Of a stretch of DNA of 64,000 nt, positions 1 to 10,912 are shown one piece after another. A program made the position numbers and the translations under genes. Below the pieces are notes generated by a model, which made no database searches, was not told where the DNA came from, and was given only the letters and a program-made list of their open reading frames with translations. Location of the stretch: NCBI GenBank assembly GCA_963801165.1, contig CAWDDT010000009.1, positions 64,001 to 128,000 of the forward strand, read 5' to 3'. Position 1 is the stretch's first letter. Every line of letters starts with the position of its first letter. The DNA is from an uncultured bacterium (lineage in GTDB: Bacteria > Actinomycetota > Acidimicrobiia > Spongiisociales > UBA5794).

Positions 1-8
1 CCCGGACG

Positions 9-275
9 GTGCTCGACCGGGCTCGAGCCCGGGGCGCCAGTATCGTCACCCGTCTTTCGTTGTTCTACAACGGCGTCAAGCTGGCGCGGTTTCGAGATCC
101 CTGGGGCAATCTGTGGTGGTTGTACGAACCGGTGCCGAACCAGCCGGAGACGGACTCTTCAAGCACGTCCTGGCACGATGCCGACCCGAGCTATGTGTAT
201 ACCACTCTAATGACGGCCATGCGCTCTCTGGCACAGGGCATTGACCGCACTGACACAAGGGAGAACCCAGCGTGA
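9..275 (+). CDS. VOC/glyoxalase family protein, C-terminal part (probably truncated by the window edge)
   Basis: 'ARFRDPWGNLWWL' VOC motif; the frame is open from the window start. Confidence 0.7.
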   Translation: MLDRARARGASIVTRLSLFYNGVKLARFRDPWGNLWWLYEPVPNQPETDSSSTSWHDADPSYVYTTLMTAMRSLAQGIDRTDTRENPA

Positions 276-283
276 CGTGATGT

Positions 284-2077
284 CTACGACGCCGGCTCGC
301 TCTCGTACATAGCGTCGAGCCGGGCCGCGTTGTGTTGCTCCACCACCCTGCGTTTTAGCTTCAGAGATGGGGTCAGCTCGCCGGTGTCTACCTCAAACTC
401 GGACGGAAGGATGCTGACCTTTTTGATCGTCTCGAACGACGGCAGTTTTCGATTCACGTCGTCGACGGCAGACTCGATGAGTTTGATCATCTCGGGATGT
501 CGAGAAATGGAGGCCATATCGCCCGGCACGTTCTTGTCGTCCGCCCAGTGGGTGATGGCGTCGGGGTCGAGGGTGACCAATGCGACGCAGTACTTGCGAC
601 GATCACCGTGGACAATCGCACTCGAGATGTACGGAGATGCCGACGTTATGAGCCCTTCGAGCTTGGCCGGGGCGATGTATTTGCCCCCTGAGGTCTTGAT
701 CAGTTCCTTCTTGCGGTCGGTGATTCGCAGATAGCCGCGCTCGTCCAGTTCCCCGATGTCACCGGTATGCAACCAACCGTCGCGAAGTGTCGCCGCCGTC
801 TCGTCGGGGAGACCGTGGTACCCGCGCATGATCGCCCTACTCCGGATCAAGATCTCGCCGTCGTCGGCGATGCGCACATCCGTCTCGGGGATAGGCGGAC
901 CTACCGTGCCGAACCGGGGCGCTTCCGGCGGGTTCACGAACGTCGACGCCGATGACTCGGTCAGGCCGTAGCCCTCGAGGATGGTCATGCCCGCTGCGTC
1001 GAAGAACTCCGCCATGCTCAGCGACAGGGGCGCCGAACCGGAGATGAAGTACCGCACACGGCCCCCGAACCGGGCCCGCAGCTTGGAGAAGACGAGACGG
1101 TCGGCGAGAGCATGCTGGAGCGTTTGAAGCCGACCCTGTGGTTGTCCCCGCTGCCGTCGTCTTACCGTCTCCAGTCCGACGCCGAGCGCCCAGCGGAAGA
1201 TCACCCACCGTAGCCCGGCCTCGGCACGGACCGACGAGACCACGACGTTGTACACCTTCTCGAAGATGCGGGGAGCCGCAGCCATCAGCGTCGGGCGGAT
1301 CAAGGCGAGATTCTCGACGATCTTGTCGACCCGGCCGTCGATTGCGGTTTCGACGCCTGCGTCGATCATCAGCACCTCGATCACCTTGCCAAATGAGTGA
1401 GAAAGGGGCAGCCACAGGAAGTGGACGTCGTCGGAACGGATGATGTCCACCCGTGATCCCCCTTCCGCCGCGTACAGCCAGTTGTCGTGAGTGAGCTCGA
1501 CCCCTTTGGGTTTTCCCGTTGTGCCCGAGGTATAGATCAGGGTTGCCAGCTGGTGTGGGTCGATGCCATCGATGACGGCTTCGATGTCATCGTCAGTGCC
1601 GAGTTCGGCAAGTTGTCGAAACGACAACGCGTCTTCGGCGGTACCATCGATCACAACGAGCTTGATCGCCTGAGGTATGTCGGCGATCACTTCCCGGATC
1701 TTGGCCAGTTGCTCGGTGTTCTCGACGATCACGATGGTGGCGTTCGAGTCCGAGATGATGAAGGAGCACTCCTCGGCGACGCTCGATGGGTAGATGGCGG
1801 TCGTGGCGCCGCCGGCGGCGAGGATGCCGAGGTCGGCGACCACCCATTCGGCCCGGGTCGAGCACAGCAGTGCCACCCGGTCCTCGCTCACCACCCCGAG
1901 ACTCCTGAGACCGGCCGCTACCCGGAGCACCTGCCGGTATAGCTCGTGCCACGTCATCGATTGCCAGGCATCGCCGGCGGGGTAGCGGAGCGATATGGTT
2001 GCCGGTGTCTCGGTGGCGCGGATCCGTAGCAGATCGGGAATCGATCCGACCGACTGTCTTTGCAGGATGTGTCCCAT
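284..2077 (-). CDS. Long-chain fatty acid--CoA ligase (AMP-dependent synthetase)
   Basis: 'LIYTSGTTGKPKGV', 'EGYGLTE', 'GWLHTGDIG', 'ELTPSLKLKR'; start placed at ATG 2077 after AAGGAAC (ORF open to 2149). Confidence 0.92.
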   Translation of the reverse strand: MGHILQRQSVGSIPDLLRIRATETPATISLRYPAGDAWQSMTWHELYRQVLRVAAGLRSLGVVSEDRVALLCSTRAEWVVADLGILAAGGATTAIYPSSVAEECSFIISDSNATIVIVENTEQLAKIREVIADIPQAIKLVVIDGTAEDALSFRQLAELGTDDDIEAVIDGIDPHQLATLIYTSGTTGKPKGVELTHDNWLYAAEGGSRVDIIRSDDVHFLWLPLSHSFGKVIEVLMIDAGVETAIDGRVDKIVENLALIRPTLMAAAPRIFEKVYNVVVSSVRAEAGLRWVIFRWALGVGLETVRRRQRGQPQGRLQTLQHALADRLVFSKLRARFGGRVRYFISGSAPLSLSMAEFFDAAGMTILEGYGLTESSASTFVNPPEAPRFGTVGPPIPETDVRIADDGEILIRSRAIMRGYHGLPDETAATLRDGWLHTGDIGELDERGYLRITDRKKELIKTSGGKYIAPAKLEGLITSASPYISSAIVHGDRRKYCVALVTLDPDAITHWADDKNVPGDMASISRHPEMIKLIESAVDDVNRKLPSFETIKKVSILPSEFEVDTGELTPSLKLKRRVVEQHNAARLDAMYESEPAS

Positions 2078-2191
2078 GTTCCTTGGCGCCGGGCTGACCA
2101 CAACGCCGGCGGCGCGTTGTGTCAACCGTACCAAGATCGGCAACGACATGAACGCCGGGCGGCGCAGCCGTCTTGCGGTGGCCGGTACCCG

Positions 2192-3640
2192 CTAGAGCTG
2201 GATCGAGGCGTAGAGCGGGAAGCGGGCCAACAGGTCGGCGCACCGCTCCCGGGACACGTCGGCGAGCCCGTTGGCGATGAGGTGCCCCGCCTTGGAGGCG
2301 GCTCCGGACGAGGTTGTGGTCGGGGTCGTGCCCCGCAATACCTCAACCACGATGTCGGCCACCTCGTCCATCTCGGCAATACCCATCCCAAGCGTGGTCA
2401 GGGCAGGTGTCCCGAGACGGATTCCCGACGTGTACCAGGCGCCGTTGGGATCGAGCGGCACCGAATTCCGGTTGGTGACCACGCCGCTCTCGAGCAGGGC
2501 CGCTTCCGCCTGACGTCCGGTCAGTCCAAAGCTCCGGGCCACATCGAGGAGGATGATGTGGTTGTCGGTTCCGTCGCTGACCAGCTTCAACCCCCGGCGT
2601 AGGAAGGAATCGGCGAGGGCGGCGGCGTTCTCCACGATCCGGTGGGCATAGTCACGGAACGACGGTTGGGACGCCTCGGCGAGGGCGACCGCCTTGGCCG
2701 CCATCATCGAGGCGATCGGGCCGCCGAGCACCATGGGGCATCCCTTGTCGACGAACTCAGCCAGGTCATCGTTGCACAGCACCATGCCGCCGCGCGGTCC
2801 CCGCAGCGACTTGTGGGTTGTGGTGGTGACGATCTGCGCATGGGGAATCGGATCGAAGTCGCCGATGAACACCTTTCCGGCTACCAACCCGGCGAAGTGG
2901 GCCATGTCGACCATCAAGGTGGCGCCGACCTCGTCTGCGATCTCCCGCATCCTGGCGAAATTGACCCTGCGGGGGTAGGCCGAGTATCCGGCGACGATGA
3001 TAAGCGGCCGGAAGTCGCTCGCGAGCCGGGCCACTTCGTCGTAGTCGAGCCGGCCGGTGACCGGGTCGGTACCGTAGGAACGCTGGTCGAAGAGCTTGCC
3101 GGAGATGTTGGCCCGGAACCCGTGCGTGAGGTGGCCGCCCGAATCTAGCGACATCCCGATCATCCTCTGATCGCCGAGCGCGGTCCGCAGCTTGGCCCAT
3201 TCCTCGTCGGAGAGGTCGTTGACGTTGCTGGCGCCGAGTCGCTCCAGTTCGGGCGCCTCGACCTCCTTGGCCAGCACCGACCAGTACGCCACCAGGTTGG
3301 CGTCGATGCCGGAGTGGGGCTGGACGTATGCGTGGTCGGCGCCGAAGAGAGCTCTCGCCAGCTCGGCGGCACGCGCTTCGACCTTGTCGACGTACTCGCA
3401 CCCGGCGTAGAACCGGTGACCCACCGTGCCTTCGGCGTATTTGTCCGATAGCCAGTTGCCCATCGCAAGCAAAGTGGCAGGGGAGGCGTAGTTCTCGCTG
3501 GCGATCAGCTTGAGCTGACGGCGCTGGTTGCCGAGCTCTCCGGCGATGGCGTCTGCGATGACCGGATCGACGGCGCGGATCACCCCGAGACCGGCGGAGA
3601 AGGGCAGTGACGGGTTGGGGGCTGGGTCTGGGCTGGGCAT
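2192..3640 (-). CDS. glyA: Serine hydroxymethyltransferase (long form with insertion)
   Basis: 'LKLIASENY', 'KYAEG', 'GGHLTHG', PLP-lysine motif '[14 protein letters not shown]', 'SGIRLGTPA'. Confidence 0.97.
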   Translation of the reverse strand: MPSPDPAPNPSLPFSAGLGVIRAVDPVIADAIAGELGNQRRQLKLIASENYASPATLLAMGNWLSDKYAEGTVGHRFYAGCEYVDKVEARAAELARALFGADHAYVQPHSGIDANLVAYWSVLAKEVEAPELERLGASNVNDLSDEEWAKLRTALGDQRMIGMSLDSGGHLTHGFRANISGKLFDQRSYGTDPVTGRLDYDEVARLASDFRPLIIVAGYSAYPRRVNFARMREIADEVGATLMVDMAHFAGLVAGKVFIGDFDPIPHAQIVTTTTHKSLRGPRGGMVLCNDDLAEFVDKGCPMVLGGPIASMMAAKAVALAEASQPSFRDYAHRIVENAAALADSFLRRGLKLVSDGTDNHIILLDVARSFGLTGRQAEAALLESGVVTNRNSVPLDPNGAWYTSGIRLGTPALTTLGMGIAEMDEVADIVVEVLRGTTPTTTSSGAASKAGHLIANGLADVSRERCADLLARFPLYASIQL

Positions 3641-3678
3641 GGTGACTCCCTGGGACGAACGGCCGCTATTCGGTTCGA

Positions 3679-3758
3679 GCCCAGGCGCACGGCAACAGAT
3701 CCCAAGGGACCGGGCCGCTCCCTAGTGGTACTCCACCCACAACTCGCCAGTCACGGCC
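3679..3758 (-). ncRNA. ZMP/ZTP (pfl) riboswitch upstream of glyA
   Basis: Minus strand reads GGCCGTGACTGGCG...GGTGGAGTACCACTAGGGAGCGGCC...GCCGTGCGCCTGGGC, the two conserved pfl-motif blocks; lies about 40 nt upstream of glyA, a typical target. Confidence 0.92.
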
Positions 3759-3818
3759 TCGGCGCCGAGAATAGCGTCGTATGGCCCGCAAGCCGGGGAC
3801 CTCGGGACACCCGGTCCG

Positions 3819-4691
3819 CTACCGGGCGGCGACTGCGACCCGTCCGTAGCTCACCGAGCGCACGTTCTTGATCTGGAGCCCGAGACCCTGGGCGATTGTG
3901 AGCAGATCGGCGTCTCGCAGCACGTGGAAGCCCTTGCCGGCAAGCAGATCGCTCATCTCGTCGGGTTGCCAGTGTGATCGGTGCGGTTCGTGCCGGAAGA
4001 CATCGGGCCGTCTGGTCACAAACAGCATTGCCCTGGCGAACCATCGGCCGGCCACGGCTGCGACCGCCGGCACCTGGTAGTTGACGATCAGCCTGCTTCC
4101 CTCTGCCGACCCGGCACCGATCGAGCGAAGAGTTGCTGTGACGTCCGGTTTTGTCAGGTAGGGAACGACCCCTTCCCAGATCCACGTCGTCGGCGTGTCG
4201 TTGCGGTGGCCGGCCAGCTGCAACTGCGTCTCCAGCGAATCTTGCCGGAAGTCGACGGGCACGAAGCGAACCTCACCTGCTGTCGGCTCGAGATCGCCGA
4301 TCCGGTCCCGCTTGTCGGCCTGAGATGCGGGCTGATCTACTTCGAAGACCACCGAATCCGCCAACTCCGGCATCCGCCACGCTCGCCCGTCGAGCCCGGC
4401 CCCGAGGATCACCACTTGTGGCGACGGGTGCTCTCGCACGGCGTCGTCAATTGCGACCGTGCGCGGCACCATCACTTCGGCGTTTCCCCGCATCGTCTCG
4501 TAGTCCATGCGGGCATGCCAGTCGTTCGGCTCCGTCGCGGCCCGGGCGCGCGCTACGGGCTCCATTTCATCGGGACGGAGCAACTGTTCCGCGATCGGAT
4601 CAGAGAACCGTTCGGTCGCCATGCGCCCGTGGCCAAAGGCTCGCCCCTGGCACACGAGTACCGCAGTCGTGCTCGCTTCGGTCGATTCCAT
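3819..4691 (-). CDS. Class I SAM-dependent methyltransferase (LCM/Rv0731c-like)
   Basis: 'RTVAIDD', 'QVVILGAGLDGRAWR', 'FEVDQP', 'WIWEGVVPYL'. Confidence 0.88.
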   Translation of the reverse strand: MESTEASTTAVLVCQGRAFGHGRMATERFSDPIAEQLLRPDEMEPVARARAATEPNDWHARMDYETMRGNAEVMVPRTVAIDDAVREHPSPQVVILGAGLDGRAWRMPELADSVVFEVDQPASQADKRDRIGDLEPTAGEVRFVPVDFRQDSLETQLQLAGHRNDTPTTWIWEGVVPYLTKPDVTATLRSIGAGSAEGSRLIVNYQVPAVAAVAGRWFARAMLFVTRRPDVFRHEPHRSHWQPDEMSDLLAGKGFHVLRDADLLTIAQGLGLQIKNVRSVSYGRVAVAAR

Positions 4692-4782
4692 GGGACTGAG
4701 TCTGGTACTGATCGCGCAGCCGGCACGACGCATCGATGCGAACGTCGGTAGGTTTTGATCCGGTCAACGGAAAGGAATCACC

Positions 4783-5253
4783 ATGACCGCTTCACCAATC
4801 CCTGATGGCATGCACTCGGTCACACCGTCGCTGACGTGCACCCCGTGCGCCGATGCCATCGAGTTCTACAAGAAGGCCTTTGGTGCCGAAGAGATCGTGC
4901 CTCGAATGGCCGACGCCGACGGGGTGGTCGCCCACGCCGAGATGCGCATCGGCGACAGCGTGATCATGCTGGGTGACGAGTGGCCGGACGGCCCCACCAA
5001 ATCTCCCAGCACTCTGGGCGGATCAACCATGGCGCTTTTCGTCTACACGGACGACGTCGACTCCCTCTGGGCGCGAGCCCTGCACGCCGGTGCCGAGGTT
5101 GTTTTCCCTCTCGAGGTCCAGTTCTACGGTGACAAGGGAGGCAGGTTGCGTGATCCGTTCGGGCATACGTGGGGTCTCGCCCAGCACATCGAAGATGTGA
5201 GTCCCGAGGAGATGGAGCGGCGGATGGCCACCTTCTACACCGAGCAGAGCTGA
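4783..5253 (+). CDS. VOC family protein (PhnB-like)
   Basis: 'AIEFYKKAFGA', 'HAEMRIGDSVIMLGDE', 'RDPFGHTW'; RBS AAAGGA. Confidence 0.9.
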   Translation: MTASPIPDGMHSVTPSLTCTPCADAIEFYKKAFGAEEIVPRMADADGVVAHAEMRIGDSVIMLGDEWPDGPTKSPSTLGGSTMALFVYTDDVDSLWARALHAGAEVVFPLEVQFYGDKGGRLRDPFGHTWGLAQHIEDVSPEEMERRMATFYTEQS

Positions 5254-5378
5254 GCCAACAAAGAACGAACCATCCAGTCGAGTGCGTTTCGTTCGCTTCG
5301 CAGAGCAAAGGGCGATTTCCCCTATCGCTAGCCACCACGGTCGTGACATGATGATGGCGTCAGCAAGAAGGGTATCTG

Positions 5379-6446
5379 GTGCGGATTCTCCTCGTGACTC
5401 CGCCGTGGATCCGGGTACCCCCCATGGCATATGGGGGAATAGAGCTGGTTGTCAGCGGCCTGGCCGACGGGCTGGTGGACGCTGGACACGAAGTGACATT
5501 GGTGGCGCCGGGGGGCTCGGAGACACGGGCAGAGCTGAAGGCCGTCTTCGACGAGCCGATGTTCGAGCACCTGGGCGACGCCCGGATCGAAACCGTCCAG
5601 GCACTAAGCGCGTATCGGCTGCGGCACGAATACGACATCGTCCACGACCACACCGCGGCAGTCGGTCCCGCTCTTGCCTCGCTGGCCGACGGCCCGCCGG
5701 TGGTCCATACTCTGCACCACGCCTGGGACCCGGTGCAGGCGGAGCTGGCGCGGCTGGTCTCCCCGCCCGTGCGGTTGGTGGCGATCAGCCGTTCCCAGGC
5801 GCGGCTTGCTCCCGAGGACGTCACCATCCCGTTCATTGTCCACAACGGCATCCCGATGGAGCGCTACCCGTTTTGCGCCGACAAGGACGACTACCTGCTC
5901 TGGGTGGGTCGCGCCAGCCCCGACAAAGGGCCGAAGACCGCAGTCGAGGTGGCCACACGTCTCGAACGGCCCCTGGTGGTTGTGATCAAGATCAACCAAC
6001 GAGATGAGCACGAGTACTGGGAAGGAGTCGTCGAGCCATCAATCGCGGCAAGCCCGATCCCGGTCGAAGTTGTTCCCAACGCCGGGCACGAGCGGAAAAC
6101 CGAGCTGATGGCCAGGGCTTCCGCCGTACTGATGCCGGTCGCCTGGGAGGAGCCCTTCGGGTTGGTGATGCCCGAGGCAAATGCGTGCGGCACGGCGGTT
6201 GTTGCTTTTGATCGGGGAGCGGTGCCAGAGGTCATCGATGATGGGATCACTGGCTTTGTGGTTCCGCCGGGCGACATAGACGCCTTCTGCGCTGCCGTCG
6301 ACCGCACGGGTGAGATCGACCCGGAAGCGTGTCGTGCCCACGTCGAAGAGAGGTTCTCGGCGAAGCGAATGGTCGCCGGCTACGAGCGTGCTTACGAGAT
6401 GGTGGAGGCGATCGATCTGAGAGGCGGCGTCACCGTAGTGTTGTGA
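5379..6446 (+). CDS. Glycosyltransferase family 4
   Basis: 'PPMAYGGIE', 'HNGI', 'GRASPDKG', 'WEEPFGLVMPEANACGT'. Confidence 0.92.
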   Translation: MRILLVTPPWIRVPPMAYGGIELVVSGLADGLVDAGHEVTLVAPGGSETRAELKAVFDEPMFEHLGDARIETVQALSAYRLRHEYDIVHDHTAAVGPALASLADGPPVVHTLHHAWDPVQAELARLVSPPVRLVAISRSQARLAPEDVTIPFIVHNGIPMERYPFCADKDDYLLWVGRASPDKGPKTAVEVATRLERPLVVVIKINQRDEHEYWEGVVEPSIAASPIPVEVVPNAGHERKTELMARASAVLMPVAWEEPFGLVMPEANACGTAVVAFDRGAVPEVIDDGITGFVVPPGDIDAFCAAVDRTGEIDPEACRAHVEERFSAKRMVAGYERAYEMVEAIDLRGGVTVVL

Positions 6447-6477
6447 TCTGCTGCCGGTGCGGCGTAGCCTTACTCGA

Positions 6478-8601
6478 ATGGTGTACAAGGAGAGGCAGGA
6501 GAGCCGGTCGGACCAGGGTGCATGGTCGGAGATCGGACGGGTTCCTGCCCGAGCCGGACGTGAGATCTACACCATTGCCGGGCGAGCATTCTGTGTGTCC
6601 GGCCGCAGCGGCAACATCACCGCGTTGGGCCCGCAAGGCTTCTTCAACGACGACACCCGGTTCCTCTCAGGCTTCCGGCTCCTGGTAGACGGTGTCGATC
6701 CCCAGGTCGTCGACGCCACTTCGGTGGACGCAGATGAGGCCGTGTTCTTCTTGAGGACCCGGGCGCCTGAGCAAGATCCGTATGACGAGCCAGGGCTGAT
6801 AATCCGCCGGCACCGCTACCAGGGTCCCACGGTGCATGAGGACATCATCATCAGAAACCGGAGCGGTCGGGCAACGGTGGTGACAGTCGAGCTGCAAATC
6901 GACGTTGACTTCGCCGATCTCCTGGATGTGCATCTCGCGGGACCGGTTGCTGATCGCCGGATCCGAGCTCATGCTTCGGATGGTGAGCTTGTCTTCAGCT
7001 ACAGCCGGGAGGGCTTCGAGCGGGAGACGAGCGTGGCGACGTCGGAGCCGGCGACCATCGAGCGTGAGAAGCTCAGTCTCGTGTGCAGCATCGATGCCGG
7101 GGAGCAGTGGCGAACTTGCGTCGACATCGTGCCGATCGTCAATGGGACACGTTTGCCCATCGAGCGAACCTGCCGCGGTGGTCGCCGCAGCGTCGCCGCC
7201 ACCGGCACGCCCCGCCAGATGGGCCGGATTCCCGAGTTGCGCTCATCGGCCGATGCCCTGGAGCACCTGTGGGAGCACAGCCTGGCCGATCTGGCCGCGC
7301 TCGAGATACGGATGGGTGGGGTGCGGGCATTTGCTGCCGGGATCCCCTGGTACGTAGCGCTGTTCGGGCGGGACAGCATCCTCACCTCGATCGAGGCAAC
7401 TCTGCTCGATCCCGACGTCGCGTTCGGTACCGCGCAACTGCTTGGGGAACTGCAGGGCACCAAGACGGACCCTGCGATGTCGGAAGAGCCGGGCAAGATC
7501 CTCCATGAGGTTCGGTTCGGCGAGCGGAGCTACCCGCACGACCAGATGAGCCGCTACTACGGGAGCGTGGACACCACGCCGTTGTGGTGCATGCAGCTGG
7601 ACAAGATGTATCGCTGGGGTGTTGAGCCTGCACGGATCGAGCAGTTGCTGCCCAACGTGAGGGCCGCGGCCGGTTGGATACGTCGGCAGCTCGAGGTCGG
7701 TGACGGCCTCCTGGTGTACGAAGGTGACAGCACCCGGCTCAGCAACCAGGGCTGGAAGGATTCGAGTGATTCCATGGTCGCGGCCGACGGCTCGCTGCTC
7801 GAGCCTCCGATCGCGGTTGTCGAAGTGCAGGGATATGCCGTTGCGGCGCTCCGGTCGGCAGCACGGATCGAGAACGACCTGGGGGATGCGTCGGTGTCCG
7901 GCCGGCTGCGGGCTGAGGCCGACGAGTTGCAGCAGCGTATCGAGGATCGGTTCTGGCGCTCCGAGCTGGGAACCTTCGACATGGCGCTCGGTAAGGGTGG
8001 CAGACCGGCCAACACGGTGTCGTCGAACGCCGGGCACCTGCTCTGGGCGGAGGCGGTGACAGCCGAGAAGGCGGAGGCGGTTGCCGGGTCGCTGTCCAGC
8101 GACGACCTCTGGTCGGGCTGGGGGATCCGCACACTCGCCGAGAGTCATGTCTCTTTTCACCCGCTGTCTTACCACCGCGGCAGCGTCTGGCCCCACGACA
8201 CCATGCTGGCGATCGCAGGTCTGATGTCGTACGGGTTCGTCGATCAGGCTCTCGAGGTGGCTGGTGGTCTGCTGGCGGCGGCGGCGCACTTCTCCTATGA
8301 GCTGCCGGAGCTGTTCTCGGGTTTCTCCCGCAACGAGGTATCTCAGCCGGTGGCGTACCCGACCAGCTCGTCCCCGCAGGCGTGGGCCGCTGCTGTTCCC
8401 ATCTATCTCACCGAGCAGTTGCTCGGGTTACGCCCGGACCTACCCGCGGGTCGGGTTGTCGTCGATCCGCACCTCCCCGACGGTGTCCAGCTGCAGCTCG
8501 ACGATCTTCGTCTCGGTGGGGGGACCCTCTCATTACGAGCGGAGGGGCGGAGCGTCCAGTTCTTCGAGGTCCCCACCGGCGTCGACGTCGTGGTCCGCTG
8601 A
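6478..8601 (+). CDS. Amylo-alpha-1,6-glucosidase / glycogen debranching family protein
   Basis: 'AGIPWYVALFGRDS', 'EEPGKILHEVR', 'NQGWKDS', 'YHRGSVWPHD', 'PQAWAAA'; TAGCCT 7 nt before the ATG suggests a leaderless start. Confidence 0.9.
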   Translation: MVYKERQESRSDQGAWSEIGRVPARAGREIYTIAGRAFCVSGRSGNITALGPQGFFNDDTRFLSGFRLLVDGVDPQVVDATSVDADEAVFFLRTRAPEQDPYDEPGLIIRRHRYQGPTVHEDIIIRNRSGRATVVTVELQIDVDFADLLDVHLAGPVADRRIRAHASDGELVFSYSREGFERETSVATSEPATIEREKLSLVCSIDAGEQWRTCVDIVPIVNGTRLPIERTCRGGRRSVAATGTPRQMGRIPELRSSADALEHLWEHSLADLAALEIRMGGVRAFAAGIPWYVALFGRDSILTSIEATLLDPDVAFGTAQLLGELQGTKTDPAMSEEPGKILHEVRFGERSYPHDQMSRYYGSVDTTPLWCMQLDKMYRWGVEPARIEQLLPNVRAAAGWIRRQLEVGDGLLVYEGDSTRLSNQGWKDSSDSMVAADGSLLEPPIAVVEVQGYAVAALRSAARIENDLGDASVSGRLRAEADELQQRIEDRFWRSELGTFDMALGKGGRPANTVSSNAGHLLWAEAVTAEKAEAVAGSLSSDDLWSGWGIRTLAESHVSFHPLSYHRGSVWPHDTMLAIAGLMSYGFVDQALEVAGGLLAAAAHFSYELPELFSGFSRNEVSQPVAYPTSSSPQAWAAAVPIYLTEQLLGLRPDLPAGRVVVDPHLPDGVQLQLDDLRLGGGTLSLRAEGRSVQFFEVPTGVDVVVR

Positions 8602-8660
8602 GGACCGGTAACGCTGTCGGGATCAATGGTGGTGGTTGGCCCGGTGGTGCATCGGCCGTG

Positions 8661-8876
8661 CTACCCGCGCCGGGTGCGATAGCCGAGCAGGGCGCCGACG
8701 ACCGCGCCGAGCGGCACGAGAACCCCCCGTGTTGCCGGGTCCGCTACCAATTCGGCCATGCGGCCGGCCGGCATCGTCAGTACGGCGAGCATCCCGACAA
8801 ACAATGCGGCGGTGGCTCCGAAGACCACCCCTACAGAGACGCGCGCCAGCCGGTTCGCACGGGGTGTGTAATACAT
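8661..8876 (-). CDS. Small two-TM membrane protein
   Basis: GGAGG RBS, two hydrophobic segments, fills the gap between flanking genes. Confidence 0.55.
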   Translation of the reverse strand: MYYTPRANRLARVSVGVVFGATAALFVGMLAVLTMPAGRMAELVADPATRGVLVPLGAVVGALLGYRTRRG

Positions 8877-9065
8877 CACAGGTCTGCCTCCTTCGACTGT
8901 CACGTGTGTGACGCACGAGAGAGGCGAAAGGGTTCCCTCGAGCTAGATATGCGGTTTGCGAGCGGGGTCTGTTGTTCAGCAACACCATGCCGAGAGGAGG
9001 CGGCCCCGAGAAAGGGGCGGCACGTTCTGGTTGGCGGAGTGAGCGGTGGCGACGAGACTGGGCGT

Positions 9066-9911
9066 ATGAGCGAAGCACCCACCGCCGTCTCGCGAGCCGA
9101 TCTTCCCTCCGCAGACGACCTCTACGACGAGATCGCGGGCCGTCTCGAAGGAGAGCGGTCTGCCCTGTTCTTCGACTACGACGGTGTGCTGACCCCGATC
9201 ATCTGTCACCCCGATCTGGCCGTGCTGTCCGCTGAGATGCGTCGCGTGCTCACCGATCTGGCTGCGGTGACGACGGTGGCGGTGGTCAGCGGGCGGGACG
9301 TTGCCGATGTGCGTGGCAAGGTGCGGCTGCCCGGCATCTACTACGCCGGCAGCCACGGGTTCGATATCGTCGGGCCCGATGGAGAGCCTGTTGTCGACGA
9401 GCGGCTCGAGCGATTCCACGTCTACCTGGGCCCGCTCGACCAGGTCGCCGGGATGCTCGGCGAGCGGCTCGGCGATGTTGCCGGTGCCCGGGTGGAGCGG
9501 AAGCGCTTTGCGATCACCGTGCACTACCGGCAGGTCGCAGACGAGGACTATGCCGCAGTTGAAGCGGCGGTCACCGAGACGGCGCCGCACTTTCCGCTGC
9601 TCCGGGTCGAGACCGGCAAGAAGATCTTCGAGTTCCGGCCCGACTTCGCCTGGGACAAGGGAAAGGCGCTCGAGTGGCTGCTCGCCGAGTTGGATCTGAC
9701 CGGATCCGACGTAGTCCCGGTGTATTTCGGTGACGACACTACCGACGAGGATGCCTTCCGTGTCGTCGCGAGCGATGGCATAGGCATTGTGGTGGGCCGG
9801 GACGGCGACCCGTCGCTCGCCCGCTACGCCCTCGACAACACGGACGAGGTGCGGGTGTTCCTGGCCCGGCTCGCCGCTGATCTACGGCCGGGATCAGGCG
9901 AACTGCACTGA
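9066..9911 (+). CDS. otsB: Trehalose-6-phosphate phosphatase (HAD IIB)
   Basis: 'FFDYDGVLTPI', 'VSGRD', 'AGSHG', 'WDKGKA', 'FGDDTTDEDAF'; the real start lies inside the longer 8382 ORF. Confidence 0.92.
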   Translation: MSEAPTAVSRADLPSADDLYDEIAGRLEGERSALFFDYDGVLTPIICHPDLAVLSAEMRRVLTDLAAVTTVAVVSGRDVADVRGKVRLPGIYYAGSHGFDIVGPDGEPVVDERLERFHVYLGPLDQVAGMLGERLGDVAGARVERKRFAITVHYRQVADEDYAAVEAAVTETAPHFPLLRVETGKKIFEFRPDFAWDKGKALEWLLAELDLTGSDVVPVYFGDDTTDEDAFRVVASDGIGIVVGRDGDPSLARYALDNTDEVRVFLARLAADLRPGSGELH

Positions 9912-10769
9912 GCGCTTGGCGAAGCCAAACTGGAAATCGTCGATAACCGTTTGTGGTGGCTGCTCGGGGTCGGTTGCTGCCCCGAGGGCGATGAACAACG
10001 GGGTGAAGTGATCAACCGTGGGGTGGGCGTACGGCATCCCGGGAGCCGTCTCGAACGCAGCCAGCGTCTCGAGATCACCCCTTTCGAGCGCATCGGCCAC
10101 CCAGGCGTCGAACTCGGCAGACCAACCGGGTACCACGTTGTGCTCGAACATCTCGCGGGTGGCAAAGCGAAGGCCGTGGGTCATGAACCCGGAGCCGACC
10201 ACCAGCACCCCCTCATCGCGCAGCGGTGCCAGCCGTCGTCCCAGGGCCATCAACCGAGCCGGGTCGTGGGTTGGCATGCTGAGCTGGAGCACGGGCACAT
10301 CTGCATACGGGTACATCACCTTGAGTGGCACCCAGGCGCCATGGTCGAGACCGCGGGTCGGGTGTTGATAGAGCGGCTCCGCGTCGGGCATCATCGCTGC
10401 CACCCGGATCGCCAGACCCATCGCATCCGGGGTGGGATAGGTCATCTGGTAGTAGCGCGGAGCGAAGCCGCCAAAGTCATACACGAGAGGTGTACCGGCA
10501 CCGGGGGCCGACAGCGCCGGCGGGGCCGTTTCCCAGTGTGCGCTCACGATCACGATCCCCTTCGGCTTTGGCATGGCCTGCGACCAGGTGAACAGCTGGT
10601 CGATCCAATGGGGGTCGTCGAAGACCGGTGGGGCGCCGTGACTCAGGTAGAGGGCAGGCATCGGACCGTCGGCCTCGGTCCATGTTTTGGCCGTTTTCGC
10701 CTCGGGCGCCCGCCCTGCCAGGAAGGCGTCAAACGGCGCTCCCGGCATCTCAGGATGGATGATGCTCAT
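9894..10769 (-). CDS. DODA/YgiD-type extradiol ring-cleavage dioxygenase (LigB family)
   Basis: 'LSHGAP', 'VSAHW', 'YDFGGF', 'GLDHGAWVPL', 'GSGFMTH', 'AHPTVDHFTPL'. Confidence 0.92.
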   Translation of the reverse strand: MSIIHPEMPGAPFDAFLAGRAPEAKTAKTWTEADGPMPALYLSHGAPPVFDDPHWIDQLFTWSQAMPKPKGIVIVSAHWETAPPALSAPGAGTPLVYDFGGFAPRYYQMTYPTPDAMGLAIRVAAMMPDAEPLYQHPTRGLDHGAWVPLKVMYPYADVPVLQLSMPTHDPARLMALGRRLAPLRDEGVLVVGSGFMTHGLRFATREMFEHNVVPGWSAEFDAWVADALERGDLETLAAFETAPGMPYAHPTVDHFTPLFIALGAATDPEQPPQTVIDDFQFGFAKRSVQFA

Positions 10770-10912
10770 AGGATCAGGCTACCGAAGGTGGGAACCGACG
10801 GTGACGGTGTCTCCGTAGTGGGGGATACACGATTGACCGCAGGCGGGCGCAGCGCACTTCCGGAGGAGCCCCGTGCGGTCCCGGCAATAACGACGACGAA
10901 ACGGACACAGCG

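Noticed and set aside
8382-9065. N-terminal extension of otsB (and similar extensions on cfa and the ABC permease) as domain fusions
   Set aside because: The extensions overlap other genes and read as non-coding-frame sequence; internal starts fit family lengths.
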